A stretch of 64,000 bases of DNA. Origin: Eledone cirrhosa. Its lineage: Eukaryota. Below, in pieces: positions 23,721 through 37,657 of this stretch. The DNA lies in assembly GCA_964016885.1 (NCBI GenBank), contig OZ024763.1, forward strand, positions 13,950,001 to 14,014,000, given 5' to 3'. Position numbers and translations under genes: made by a program. Position 1 is the stretch's first letter; every line of letters begins with the position of its first letter. The notes beneath the pieces were generated by a model, which saw nothing but the letters and a program-made list of their open reading frames with translations, had not been told where the DNA came from and did not search any database.

Positions 23721-24879
23721 AAAAATGCTAAATTACAAAAAATTATTAAATTTGTAATATTATTATATTATAAAATAAAGTACCAGTAATACACTGGATA
23801 TTGCTGGCCTTGTGTCTAAAGTAGAAACAATTATTATATTATAAAGTTTGTTAAATTTACAAGATTATTAAATTATTAAATTATAAAATTAGAGAAATTA
23901 TTAAATTTTCGAAATTATGAATTATAAAATTATAAAAAATACTGCATTATAAAATTAGAATATTAGAAAGTTTATTAAATTTCCGACATTAGTATTTAAA
24001 AAATTGTTAAATTTAAAGGATAAATTAAATTATTACGAGGTGTGTAAACAGATGAATATAGCTAATAAACCATTAATTTATCTATTGTGTGTAAACATAC
24101 TCTAACACAGACAGGTCCTAAGAAAAACATAACATTACCGTTTATGAACACATTTCGGAGTCATACTAACTAAATCTATTTTAGCATTTCTTTAATAAAG
24201 AACAACATATGGTGTTTGACATAATTGAAGAAAAAAAATCGTTTTACTATTTCATAAGCTCTGGCAGATATTCAAATCCTATCTATTGATTCATTTAAAT
24301 ATATTATATTGGACTTGCATGAATTTAAAACTGATGAAATTATTTTTAAACTTTCGTTTTCCAGTACCAAAATAAAAATACATTAGTAAGGTTTTCAGTC
24401 TCATAAATGCGTGGTTGTTATAGACACTTAACTATTGTTGTAGGGGTGTCGTAATTACCGTCATGTGGGCATTTAAAGCTGACTGAGTCAATCCTCCCCT
24501 CCTCCTGGTCTAAAAACCAGAGAGAAAGAGAGATACTTTTCTTGTCTTTAAACGTTAATTTTGCACTTGACATATAATTCGTTTTTCTTCTCTTAGATAG
24601 AATAAACCTCAACAATTATATTCAACATAACTCATATTAGTCTTCACAGTCAAGGACCTGTTTTTACTATATCTACTTCAAGCTGTTATAGGTGGAATAA
24701 GTGTCAAAAGAAGGGACACTGATATAAGGTTTGTAGGTCCAAGCAACCTAAGAATAGATTTTAATGTTATCGGCAATTAAACAAAACTTATAAATAGGCA
24801 ATAATGAAGACAATTCTGACCAATATTAGACAACTCTCACATCCATATTCGCCTCTGTCAATTCAGTAGACCACTTAAC

Positions 24880-25345
24880 TTTATTAATAATCAGAAAACA
24901 AGGCCACTTATTGACAATAGACGAGACAAAACATTTACCAAGAATTACTACAACGATGGTGCGAGAAGATCGTGGTTTCTAAATCAGAGAATGTTTCTTT
25001 AACAAACACAAACGTATAAAAAGTAGAACTAGGAAATAACTTCTATCAAATAGATTTTCTAGTGACTAGGAACTTAGTAGCTCCAGTTATAATTGTGTTA
25101 CACATGTTCAGTAAGTATTTTTCTATTGAAATCAAACTTAAAGGTATACTAAAGCCACAGACGTTTTTATATATATGTTTCACCTAAAGTAAAAGAACGT
25201 ACGAATTATTACAAGCAGTGTAAACACGAATTAAAGCTAATAAATGTACCAAGAAGGCTACCACAAGATTTGCAATTCATTCAAGAAGAAATCAAACTTA
25301 TGCATATGTCGACGACATAATTATGGCTAGAGAGGACATTCACTG
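24880..25345 (+). mobile_element. Decayed Ty3/Gypsy pol remnant (protease plus RT YVDD)
   Basis: FINNQKTRPLIDNR (decayed protease active site), VELGNNFYQIDFLVTRNLVAPVIIVL, TYAYVDDIIMA. Confidence 0.65.
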
Positions 25346-25965
25346 AACATAACGAATCTACAACTAGAGGTGGAAGACAAGAGAAACGACCATCCTACCT
25401 AAAATATATGTTATGATATTAAATATTTCTTGTACTGTCATGTTTTTTCTTTAAAACGTTTGCATCTCAATAAAGTGGAGAAAACTATTATATACTGTTG
25501 TTATATCATTATACTTTAGTTTTAAGTTGTTATTTCTATCTCTTCACATTAGAAAGAATACAAACTTAGTAAACGTTTAATAATAATCCTAATAATAATA
25601 ATAATATGCATGTTGACAAACAGTTGTAAAAACCAAGCAAGTCAACCTACAGTTGTACACTAACAGAGACGGCATAGAAAACGTTACCTCTTACAAACGA
25701 ATGCCAAAGAGATTGTTTCGAAAATACCGGTGTAACACTAAATATATTACCGGTGCAACTCTTTCATAAACTCACTCCAGTCATTTCAAATTGTGTTCAG
25801 AGTACCGGGAATAAGAAAAAATAAATCGTTTGCGAAGTTTCTAAAAATGACAGCTAAATCTCTCACTCTGTAATAAACCGTGACACATATATATATATAT
25901 GTGTATGTATGTGTGTATAAATATATATGTATATACCTAAGAATGTATGTACACACACACACACG

Positions 25966-26000
<35 letters not shown>

Positions 26001-26512
26001 ATACATATCGGAAGAAGCTTTTAGCGATACTCCGGCCAATATATATATGTATACATATATAATACATGCATATATATATATATATGTATATACATATATA
26101 CATACATGCATATATATATATATATGTATATACATATATACATACATGCATATATATATGTATATATATATATGTGACTATATATGTATATATATATGTG
26201 TACATATATGTATATATATTAGTGTATATATATTGCTATGTATATGCATATTCGTATAATTATACTGTATACCATTAGTTCATATATTCATATATAGTTA
26301 TCCCCCCGGCATTCCTAGAGAACCAGAGAATAGTGAAAAACCGCGAATATTGTAGGCGGTCCATAGAAATGCCTATAAACCTCAAAATACAACGTAAAAT
26401 ATAATAAAAATCGAGTGAGCATCTTATACGAAGGTGCGTCCAATAGGCCAGCAAATACAATATATTGTTGTTAATAATTTAGCGTTAAAACAATATATAT
26501 TGTCACAAAAAA

Positions 26513-26551
<39 letters not shown>

Positions 26552-26850
26552 GATCGAGTATCGAAAAATCGGCGCACGAGTTCACGATAAACAATATTCG
26601 AAATGAGCGGCAGAGGGCTCAATAATTCAGATGAATCAGAGCTATAACTATCGTTAAAATACCGTCACACATAGAACAAGTCTAAAATCAACCATACGAT
26701 AAAAAATCGATAATAGAAGATTCGGGACAAACAGATAAAAAATATCAATAAAACAATACATCAATAATTTAACTGAATGTAAAATCATACCCGGACCCAC
26801 TAGAAAGGTGTTAAATCTAGCTTCTTGGGTTTCTGTAAATATATATATAT

Positions 26851-27182
26851 ATATTGCTTTGACTGCTATTTCTAGCATACACTAGAAAAAACCGGAAGAG
26901 GAGAAAATTGAAAAACTTCTTTTTCCTCCTCTAACTTTTCAAACAAAAGAACATTTTATGTAAACAAAAACGAAATTTTTGCCAAGAAAGATAACTCTAA
27001 AATTGCGGAATTTTTTTTGTATCCCAATTTGAGAAGAGTTGTCTTTCTTGGCAAAAATTTCGTTTTTGTTTACATAAAATTTTCCTTGTTTGAAAAGTTA
27101 GAGGGGGAAAAGGAAGAAGTTTTTCAATTTTCTCCACTTCCGGTTTTTATTTTTTATGCTAGAAATAGCAGTGAAAGCAATA
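26851..27182. mobile_element. Palindromic MITE-like element with arms of about 145 bp
   Basis: tattgctttgactgctatttctagcata...ccaagaaagataactct and its reverse complement, flanked by (TA)n; duplicate at 33135-33501, single diverged arm at 13128-13330. Confidence 0.75.
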
Positions 27183-27200
27183 TATATATATATATGTATG

Positions 27201-27273
<73 letters not shown>

Positions 27274-27329
27274 TGAACCCCGGCATTCGCGGGACCAATT
27301 ATTCGCGGAATATTCCTTAGAACCTAAGT

Positions 27330-27523
27330 AATAATTTTTTTGTTTCTACTTTAGGCACAAGGCCAACAGTTACCCAGTGCATTACTGGTACTTTATTTTA
27401 TCGACTCCGTAAGGATGAAAGGCAAAGTCAACCTCGGCGGAATTTGAACTCAGATCGTAAAGGTACGTAACTATGCTGGAAATCATGGCGTCCGACCCTC
27501 TACCGATACTGCAAATCCACCGC
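27330..27523 (-). mobile_element. SINE family A
   Basis: Full-length reverse copy; paralogue at 33807-33938. Confidence 0.9.
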
Positions 27524-27641
27524 TAAGTAATAATGATATATATATATACACACATATATATCTATGTATGTGTGTGTGTATACATATATTTATGTATATA
27601 TACATACACACACACACACATATATTTATGTATATATACAT

Positions 27642-27682
<41 letters not shown>

Positions 27683-28268
27683 AATATATATATAAGAAGA
27701 CGAGGTAAGACTAGTTGCACCTTGTACCTAAAGTACATTTGGCTGCTATTTCTGGCAGGTTTAGAATTTACTATTTTCCAAACACAATTCTGTTTTACAC
27801 CCCTCACTCTGAACTCGATTTCAAATTACCGAGGAGTTTGTTGAAGCAGGTTTCAACTGAAATATCTACACCGGTAACTTAATTAGTGTTACACCGGTAT
27901 CCCTTAGGCATTAACTTGGAAGGAGGTACTGGTTTTTTCGCTGTCTTAAATGGAGTATATACGCACACAATGCTTATATATAAATTAATATTTTTCCTCT
28001 GTACAAAGAGATTGACATCATTTCTTAAATCATTATTTAGGGTTTTACAACAAAACATATTGTATATGTAATTATACATACATTGAATTTAAGTATTTAT
28101 TTTATAATTTTACATACACTTTAGTAGTATATATATATATATTCATTTGTGTGTGCGTTAATTTCGTAGGTAACCGCAGTTAACGTTCGTCTCGTGTTGG
28201 GTTTTATTCCAGAGTTAAAGCGACTGTAGTGTGAATAATAAAGTAAGAAAGATCGAAAACACTGTTGC

Positions 28269-28299
<31 letters not shown>

Positions 28300-31200
28300 A
28301 TTTTATTGGCACATTAGAATTGTTTCAATATTGATAGCTCGGAGTACAATCATATGTATATATTTTTCACATGAAATCAATATTCAAACTGACCCCAGTG
28401 TGTTTATTTTAAAGCGACGTAATTCTACCTCCCAGGGATTTGAACACAGTTTCATATAACTGGGTGGTACAATGAAGCAGAGAGACTATAAACACGCTAC
28501 ACCGGTACGACCTGAAAGAGGTAAAGTTTTATTTGTCTGCTGTGTATAACTGTAGTTTGACTTGTTAAATTTATAGTATATGTTTGTTATATATATTCTT
28601 AACTATGCTATGATTGCATCTCAATTACTATATTTCATATCTTCGGTGGTTACTGCCCTGATGTCATCTCTTCCACTAAGACGCTCTCCACAGCCTTGCC
28701 TCTCCTCGTATCATCACCTAAAGTTGTATCAATCTCCACAAAGCCAACACTTCACATTATGTCTAAGAAAGCCACCTCAACATGTGTGTGTAGAATAAAC
28801 GCAAGGTTTAACGGAACAAGAAAATAAAAAAGATTCCTTCTGATATATATATCTTGTACATTGTATTATATTAAGGAGTTTCTGTAAATTAAAAGCAATG
28901 AAAATGATTCCTAAATTTAACGACACTTTGATGTTAACAGACATACTTTATCTTCATAGTAAGTTAAATCAAGGGTTTACTACTTAGTGCATTTATATGT
29001 CTTATCTCCAAATAAAGTTTTAAATGGTATGGCAACGTGTTGAAATGAAGCACGTTTATTTATATGCTGACTGTCTTACCACTAGAAATAGAAAAATAAA
29101 GCTTTAAATGGTATGACTACGTGTTCAAATCAAGCAAGTTCCTTACAGTGTGAGGATAAAAAAAATTAATGTTTTAAGTTGATTCAAAATCCAACCACGG
29201 CATTCCCTAGTTCTATGTCTTACCACTAGACTATAAAGACTTAAGCGATTTTCTTCTGAATATATATAAACTTATTTTCAGTCTAACAATAAAATAGCTT
29301 TAAATGTGTTAATTTTCACTCCGTATATGGTGGCCGTGGTGTATCTATGCATCAATTGAGTGTGTATAGATAGATTGGAGATAATGTTTCGATATTCTGC
29401 TTTAACTTAAAGCATTTTGAATTTAAAAGAATGGTCTCTACCTTCTGGGCCACCCGGGGCTACGATCATCTCGAAGCCACCTTTTTAGTTCCCCTTCGAC
29501 TCGAACCTACACAACCACTACCAACGATACCAGCACTTTACCAAGCGGCCGTAATTCTTCTGTGTAAATTTCATATATTTAAATCTATTTTAGCATTTCT
29601 TTAATAAAGAACCACATACGATGTTTGACATAATTGAAAAAAAAAATATTATTTTACTATTTCATAAGCTCTGGCAGGTATCGAAAACCTCATATATAGA
29701 TTAATTTTACTTACTTTTGATAACTTTTCAGTGACAAAATACAATACATCGATAGGGTTTCCAATCTCAGAAATATCTCCACTAGAGATGTGTGTGTATA
29801 TCTTTATTATTCCTTTGAAAAGAAGTTTTAATCCAAAGTCCTGGCAGATATTGCAACTCCATCTGTAGATCCATTTAAATACATTGTATTTGACTTACGT
29901 GAAATTAAATATATAATTTGTTTTTAAATTTGTTTTCAAGTACCAAAATAAAAACACATTAGTAAGGTTTTCAGTCTCTTAAATGCGTGGTTGTTATAGA
30001 CACTTAACTGTTGTTGTAGGGCTGCCGTAATTACCGTCATGTGTGCATTTAAATCTGACCGAGTCAATCCTCCCATCTTCCTGGTCTAAAAACAGCCTAT
30101 TTATTTTACAGGAGAGAAAGCGAGATACCTTTCTTATGCCTTTAAACGATAATTTTGCATTTGACATAATTCCTTTTCCTTCTCTTTAGATTGAATAAAC
30201 AACAATTTTTTACGTCTACAGTTATATTCAACATAACTCATGTCAGTCTTCACAAGTTTTTGCTACATCTGATTCAAGCTGTTATGGTTTTGGGAGGAAA
30301 GTAATCACAAAGTAAAGTATCCAGCTAAGAAATTATTCCGTAGTAAGTGTCATAAGAAAGATTTGTAGGTCTAAGATTTCAAATATATCGGCAATTAAAC
30401 AAATCTTAAAAATAAGCAATACTAAAGCCACAAACGTTTTTCTATCTACGTCTCTCCTGAAGAAAAAACAAAATCGCTCGAGTTATTAGGAGTGTAAACA
30501 GATGAATATAGCTAATAAACAATTAATTTATGTATATGCGTGTATGTATTGTGTGTAAACATACTGTAAGACAGACAGGCTCTAAGAAAAACATAACATT
30601 ACTGTTTATGAACACATTTCGGAGTCATACTAACTAAATCTATTTAAGCATTTCTTTAATAAAGAACAACATACGGTGTTTGACATAATTAAAGAAAAAA
30701 AATTGTTTTACTATTTCATAAGCTCTGGCAGATATTGAAATCCTATCTATTGATTCATTTAAATATATTATATTGGACTTACTTGAATTTAAAACTGATG
30801 AAATTATTTTAAAACTTTTGTTTTCCAGTACCAAAATAAAAATACATTAGTAATGTTTTTATTCTCATAAATGCGTGGTTGTTATAGACACTTAACTATT
30901 GTTGTAGGGGTGTCGTAATTACCGTCATGTGGGCATTTAAACCTGACTGAGTCACCCCCCTTTCTAAAAACAGCCGATTTATTTTGCCAGAGAGATACTT
31001 TTCTTGTCTTTAAACGTTAATTTTGCACTTGACTTATAATTCGTTTTTCTTCTCTTAGATTGAATAAACCTCAACAATTATATTCAACATAACTCATGTT
31101 AATCTTCATAGTCAAGGACCTGTTTTTACTATATCTGCTTCAAGCTGTTATAGGTGGGGTAGGGCAGTACAATCCAAAATAAAATGTCAATTTAAGGATT

Positions 31201-31392
31201 CACTCGTAGAAAGTGTCAAAAGAAGGGACACTGATATAAGGTTTGTAGGTCTAAGCAACCTAAGAAATAAATTTTAAAGTTATCGGCAATTAAACAAAAC
31301 TTATAAATAGGCAATAATGAAGACAATTCTGACCAAGATTAGACAACTCTCACATCCATATTAGCCTCTGTCAATTCAGTAGACCACTTAAC

Positions 31393-31885
31393 TTTATTAA
31401 TAATCAGAAAACAAGGCCACTTATTGACAATAGACGAGACAAAACATTTAACAAGAATTACTACAACGATGGTGCGAGAAGATCGTGGTTTCTAAATCAG
31501 AGAATGTTTCTTTAACAAACACAAGCGTATAAAAAATAGAAGGGATATTGACAGTGCATAGAACTAGGAAATAACTTCTATCAAATAGATTTTCTAGTGG
31601 CTAGGAACTTAGTAGCTCCAGTTATAATTGTGTTACACATGTTCAGTAAGTATTTTTCTATTGAAATCAAACTTAAAGGTATACTAAAGCCACAGACGTT
31701 TTTATATATATGTTTCACCTAAAGTAAAAGAACGTACGAATTATTACAAGCAGTGTAAACACGAATTAAAGCTAATAAATGTACCAAGAAGGCTACCACA
31801 AGATTTGCAATTCATTCAAGAAGAAATCAAACTTATGCATATGTCGACGACATAATTATGGCTAGAGAGGACATTCACTGAACAT
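31393..31885 (+). mobile_element. Decayed Ty3/Gypsy pol remnant (duplicate)
   Basis: Same motifs as 24880-25345, plus IEGILTVH. Confidence 0.65.
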
Positions 31886-32681
31886 GACGAATCTACAACT
31901 AGAGGTGGAAGACAAGAGAAACGACCATCCTACCTGAAATATATATTATGATATTAAATATATCTTATACGGTCATGTTTTTTCTTTAAAACGTTTGCAT
32001 CTCAATAAAGTGGAGAAAACTATTATATACTGTTGTTATATCATTATACTTTAGTTTTAAGTTATTATTTCTATCTCTTCACTTAGAAAGAATACAAACT
32101 TAGTAAAATCCTAATAATAATATGCATGTTGACAAACAGTTGTAAAAACCAAACAAGTCAACCTACAGTTCTACACTAACAGAGACGGCATAGAAAACGT
32201 TACCTCTTACAAACAAATGCGAAAGAGATTGTTTCGAAAATACCGGTGTAACACTAAATATATTACCGGTGCAACTATTTCAGTTTACCCTTTTATAAAC
32301 TCACTCCAGTCATTTCAAATCGTGTTCAGAGTACCGGCAATAAGAAAAAAATAAAGCGTTTGCGAAATTTCTAAATCTAAAAATGACAGCTAAATCTCTC
32401 ACTCTGTCTCCAATGTGTAATAAACCGTGACTCATATATATATATTTGTATGTATGTGTGTATAAATATATATACCTAAGAATGTACATACACACACACA
32501 CATGTATATATATATATGTATACATACATACATATATATGTATATATATATCTGTACATATATGTGTAAATATGTATATATATATATGTGTAAATATGTA
32601 TATATATTAGTGTATATATATATTGCTATGTATATCCATATTCGTATAATTATACTGTATATCATTAGTTCATATATTGAT

Positions 32682-32870
32682 GGCGGTGGATTGGCAGTAT
32701 CAGTGGAGGGTCGGACGCCATGCTTTCCAGCATAGTTACGTCCCTTTACGATCTGAGTTCACATCCAGCCGAGGTTGACTTTGCCTTTCATCCTTACGGG
32801 GTCGATAAAATAAAGTACCAGTAATGCACTGGTTAATTGCTGGCCTTGTGCCTAAAGTAGAAACAATTAT
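32682..32870 (+). mobile_element. SINE family A with TSD
   Basis: gttcatatatt at 32668-32678 and 32873-32883; empty site at about 26278. Confidence 0.9.
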
Positions 32871-33498
32871 TTGTTCATATATTCATATATAGTTATCCTC
32901 CCGGCATTCCTGGGGTTTACGGCCCTAGAGAACCAGAGAATAGTGAAAAACCGCGAATATTGTAGGCGGTCCATAGAAATGCCTATAAACCTCAAAATAC
33001 AACGTAAAATATAAAAATCGAGTGAGCGTCTTATGCGAAGGGGTGTCCAATAGGCCAGCAAATACAATATATTGTTGTTAATAATTTAGCGTTAAAACAA
33101 TATATATTGTCTCAAAAAAGGCATATATATATATATATTGCTTTGACTGCTATTTCTAGCATACACTAGAAAAATCCGGAAGAGGAGAAAATTGAAAAAC
33201 TTCTTCCTTTTCCCCCTCTAACTTTTCAAACAAAGAAAATTTTATGTAAACAAAAACGAAATTTTTGCCAAGAAAGATAACTCTTCTCTGACTTCAATCC
33301 AAAATTGGGATACAAAAAATTTTGGAGAGTTATCTTTCTTGGCAAAAATTTTGGAGTTATCTTTCTTGACAAAAATTTCGTTTTTGTTTACATAAAATTT
33401 TCTTTTGTTTGAAAAATTAGAGGGGGAAATGGAAGAAGTTTTTCAATTTCCTCCTCTTCCGGTTTTTCTTTTTTATGCGAGAAATAGCAGTGAAAACA

Positions 33499-33545
<47 letters not shown>

Positions 33546-34495
33546 TATAATAACTAGAAATTGATTAACATATAAATAAACATGAATAATCACAGGAAAT
33601 AATTTTTACAAGTGTGTAACCACACATAGCTAGGTAGGTAACTAAATAAAGTTGACCAGAACTTCAAAAATAGATACCTTATAATATGATTAATACCATA
33701 TATATGTATATATTTATATATAAATATATATATATATGTATATACACAGTGAACCCCGGCATTCGCGGGACCAATTATTCGCGGAATATTCCTTAGAACC
33801 TAAGTAATAATTGTTTCTACTATTGGCACAAGGCCAATAATTACTCCGTACATTACTGGTACTTTATTTTATCGACCCTATTAGGATGAAAGTTAACCTC
33901 GGCGGGATTTGAACTCAGAATGTCAAGGGCCGTAACTCTAATGATATATATATCATTATATATTGACCCCCAACAAAGACGACAGATCTCAAAAGATTCC
34001 AGTTAATATTAATAACCAGAACATAGCAACCAACATCAGGTATGACAGCAGCAAATCCTCCAAAACGAGAGGATATGATGAAGGGAACTAGAATTATATT
34101 ATTTACCAACTTAATAATAATAAAAAAAAAAAACGCTATGATCAAGAAATATGTGGGAGGGGTGTTGTATTACATTAGAATGTAAGGTGTGGCAGAAGCT
34201 AAACAAACCTAACGTTTAAATAATTATTGCTGACATTATGGAAGGAAATAAACATAAAATGTTTCAATAAACTGTTCAACATGAAATAAAGCTTTACTTT
34301 ACCTCCGTAAAAATGGTAAAATTCCAAGTTTTTTTTATTCACGTTAAAATAAAGGTTCTTCCAGCAGCCATTTTATTTTTTCTAAACAAAGTTACCTGAA
34401 GAACACATGTGCAAAAAAGTAGACATCAATGCGCATGTGCAAAGTATTTATGTGAAGTCGTCGGTCTTTAAAATCGTGAGTTCGATTCTCAACTG

Positions 34496-34905
34496 TGTGG
34501 ATATTTTATAAGTGGCCCAGCTTATCAACAATTACTCCCAGGTTTCACCCAAAGGAAGGGAATATGACAGTTTCAGTCCATCTTTTTAACTACATGTTGG
34601 GCTCGGTCAGGAAACACTCGATCCATTGCAGTAACTTTCCAGAGACACCAATGTTGGATAGTTTTTTCAGTAGAATGTTGATCAACCCTGTCAAAGGACT
34701 TGATGAAACCAAAGTATATGACATCAGTGTTGGATCCCGCTCTTAAAGTGTCATCAAAGTGATGCAGTCCTTTCCATTACGGAACCCATGTTGGTTGGAT
34801 TTCAGAAGTTGTTGCTTTTAAGAAAGTGAGTTGTTCGTGATCTTACCACCCTGAAATACCTTAATGATATGAGAAGCGAGTGAAATCGGACAGTGATTCA
34901 CTGTA
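34496..34905 (-). mobile_element. CR1/L2-type LINE reverse transcriptase fragment (decayed)
   Basis: Across frameshifts: HCPISLASHIIKVF, NQHGFRNGKDC, DVIYFGFIKSFDRVD, KLSNIGVSGKLLQWIECFL. Confidence 0.85.
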
Positions 34906-34933
34906 AGGGACTGGTTTATTTGATATCTCTACA

Positions 34934-35111
34934 TTTCACTCAGCTGTAGAAAATGAGTTGCAACGTCATTGGTACCGAGCTGGATCAGCCATTACCTTTA
35001 CCTTGGACAACACCGGTGGTGTGGAGAGAAGAGACTGGAATTGTGCCTTGGAGGGGAACTTTCTGGGTATAAATCCCATGGTCATTTGGGACCAAAGGGA
35101 GTCTTACCTTT
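34934..35111 (+). mobile_element. SINE family D body/tail
   Basis: Matches the reverse complement of 58198-58395. Confidence 0.75.
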
Positions 35112-35640
35112 ATAGCTGATATATCTACAAGATATTATAGTGTTGTTGAAGCTGATATCTCTACATAATATACTGTTGTTATAACTGATATCTCTACATG
35201 ATATTAGACTGTTGTTATAACTGATATCTGTACATCATATTAGAATGTTGTTATAGCTGATATCTCTACATAATATACTGTTGTTATAGCTGATATCTCT
35301 ACATGATATTAGACTGTTGTTATAACTGATATCTGTACATCATATTAGAATGTTGTTATAGCTGATATCTCTACATAATATACTGTTGTTATAGCTGATA
35401 TCTCTACATGATATTATACTGTTGTTATAGCTGATATCTCTACCTGACATAGTTGAGTTATAGCTGATATCTCTACATGATATAGCGGAGTTATAGCTGA
35501 TATCTCTACATGATATAGTTGAGTTATAGCTGATATCTCTACATGATATAGTTGAGTTATAGCTGATATCTCTACATGATATAGCGGAGTTATAGCTGAT
35601 ATCTCTACATGATATACTGTTGTTTATAGCTGGTATCTCT
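35112..35640. repeat. 30/33/36-bp minisatellite (CTGTTGTTATAGCTGATATCTCTACATGATATA)
   Basis: Tandem units directly following the SINE D tail. Confidence 0.95.
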
Positions 35641-35880
35641 ACCTGATTCACTCTACCTAATGGCCACCACTGATTCACTCAACCTAATGTCCACCACCAC
35701 TGATTCATTCTACCTAATGTCCACCACTGATTCATTCTACCTAATGTCCACCACTGGTTCACTACCTAATGTCCACCACTGATTCATTCTACCTAATGTC
35801 CACCACTGATTCATTCTACCTAATGTCCACCACTGGTTCACTACCTAATGTCCACCACTGATTCACTCTACCTAATGCCG
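35641..35880. repeat. Minisatellite of about 27 bp (CCACCACTGATTCATTCTACCTAATGT)
   Basis: About 9 units. Confidence 0.9.
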
Positions 35881-36017
35881 ACCCGACCACCAACCGGATG
35901 TGAACGCTTTGACAGCAAAAATGTGTCGCATACACAGGGCTCTGCACATCATTTCCACTCACACAACACAAAAATAAAACTTTTGGTACAAGGCCAGCAA
36001 TTACCCAGTGCATTACT

Positions 36018-37170
36018 GACCAAAAGGGGTCTTACCTTTATAGCTGATATCTCTACATGATATTATAGTGTTGTTGAAGCTGATATCTCTACATAATATA
36101 CTGTTGTTATAACTGATATCTCTACATGATATTAGACTGTTGTTATAGCTGATATCTCTATATATACTGTTGTTATAACTGATATCTCTACATGATATAC
36201 TGTTGTTATAGCTGATATCTCTACATGATATACTGTTGTTATAACTGATATCTCTACATGATATACTGTTGTTATAGCTGATATCTCTACATGATATACT
36301 GTTGTTATAACTGATATCTCTACATGATATTAGACTGTTGTTATAGCTGATATCTCTATATATACTGTTGTTATAACTGATATCTCTACATGATATTAGA
36401 CTGTTGTTATAGCTGATATCTCTACATGATATACTGTTGTTATAACTGATATCTCTACATGATATACTGTTGTTATAGCTGATATCTCTACATGATATAC
36501 TGTTGTTATAGCTGATATCTCTACATGATATACTGTTGTTATAACTGATATCTCTACATGATATACTGTTGTTATAGCTGATATCTCTACATGATATACT
36601 GTTGTTATAGCTGATATCTCTACATGATATACTGTTGTTATAACTGATATCTCTACATGATATTAGACTGTTGTTATAGCTGATATCTCTATATATACTG
36701 TTGTTATAACTGATATCTCTACATGATATTAGACTGTTGTTATAGCTGATATCTCTACATGATATACTGTTGTTATAGCTGATATCTCTACATGATATAC
36801 TGTTGTTATAACTGATATCTCTACATGATATCATAGTGTTGTTATAGTTGATATCTCTACATGATATACTGCTGTTATAGCTGATATCTCTACATGATAT
36901 ACTGTTGTTATAACTGATATCTCTACATGATATTAGACTGTTGTTATAGCTGATATCTCTATATATACTGTTGTTATAACTGATATCTCTACATGATATA
37001 CTGTTGTTATAGCTGATATCTCTACATGATATACTGTTGTTATAACTGATATCTCTACATGATATCATAGTGTTGTTATAGTTGATATCTCTACATGATA
37101 TACTGTTGTTATAACTGATATCTCTACATGATATATTGAAGTTATAGCTGATATCTCTACATGATATTAT
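36018..37170. repeat. Second block of the 33-bp minisatellite
   Basis: Begins with the same gaccaaa.ggg.gtcttaccttt junction as 35089; source of the spurious 441-aa ORF. Confidence 0.95.
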
Positions 37171-37399
37171 ATACATATAAAGTTGCTGATCAAAAGGTAT
37201 GTGTGGGGAGGGGGGGGTCCTGTAGTCGAACCTCCGACAAGGGAGGCTACCCTGACAAAAAAAAAAAGATAGCATTTTTGTCAATGTTTGACATGGATGA
37301 AATGTTGGAGATTTTTGGTGCATTATGTTCCTTTCCAACCATGACCCCTTGGTTGAGAAATTAAAGAGTGGAGCTTTGTATTGCTACAGTTATGTTGCT

Positions 37400-37655
37400 T
37401 GAACATTGATTGCTGTTGTGAGGTTCTTAGAGACCCGTTGCCATGGCGATGTTAAGGGAGCAATCAAGCCTCTACAGCCTCCTGGATCGACATTCATCAC
37501 TTTGCTGATCAAGCCTTCACTGCGCTCAACATGGCCGTACCAGAGCATGCACCTCGTGTGAAGCACATCCTTGAAGTTATCACTCAGGAGCTCAGTTGAG
37601 CTGACATCATCCTCTGTGGTCACACCGCCCATCCAGCGGATCATAGCTCTATCAT
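37400..37655 (-). mobile_element. RTE-clade LINE 3' fragment
   Basis: NDRAMIRWMGGV...MLWYGHVERSEGLISKVMNV. Confidence 0.8.
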
Positions 37656-37657
37656 TA

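Larger units (their letters stand above)
24040..27470 (+). repeat. Segmental duplication 2, copy A
   Basis: Colinear with 30490-33938; an older partial third copy lies at 29580-30490. Confidence 0.9.
30490..33938 (+). repeat. Segmental duplication 2, copy B
   Basis: Highly similar to 24040-27470; has an extra SINE at 32682 and lacks 26545-26840. Confidence 0.9.

Noticed and set aside
36013-37338. 441-aa NNSISCRDISY repeat protein
   Set aside because: Minisatellite anchored on a SINE tail, with no unique domain or splice support
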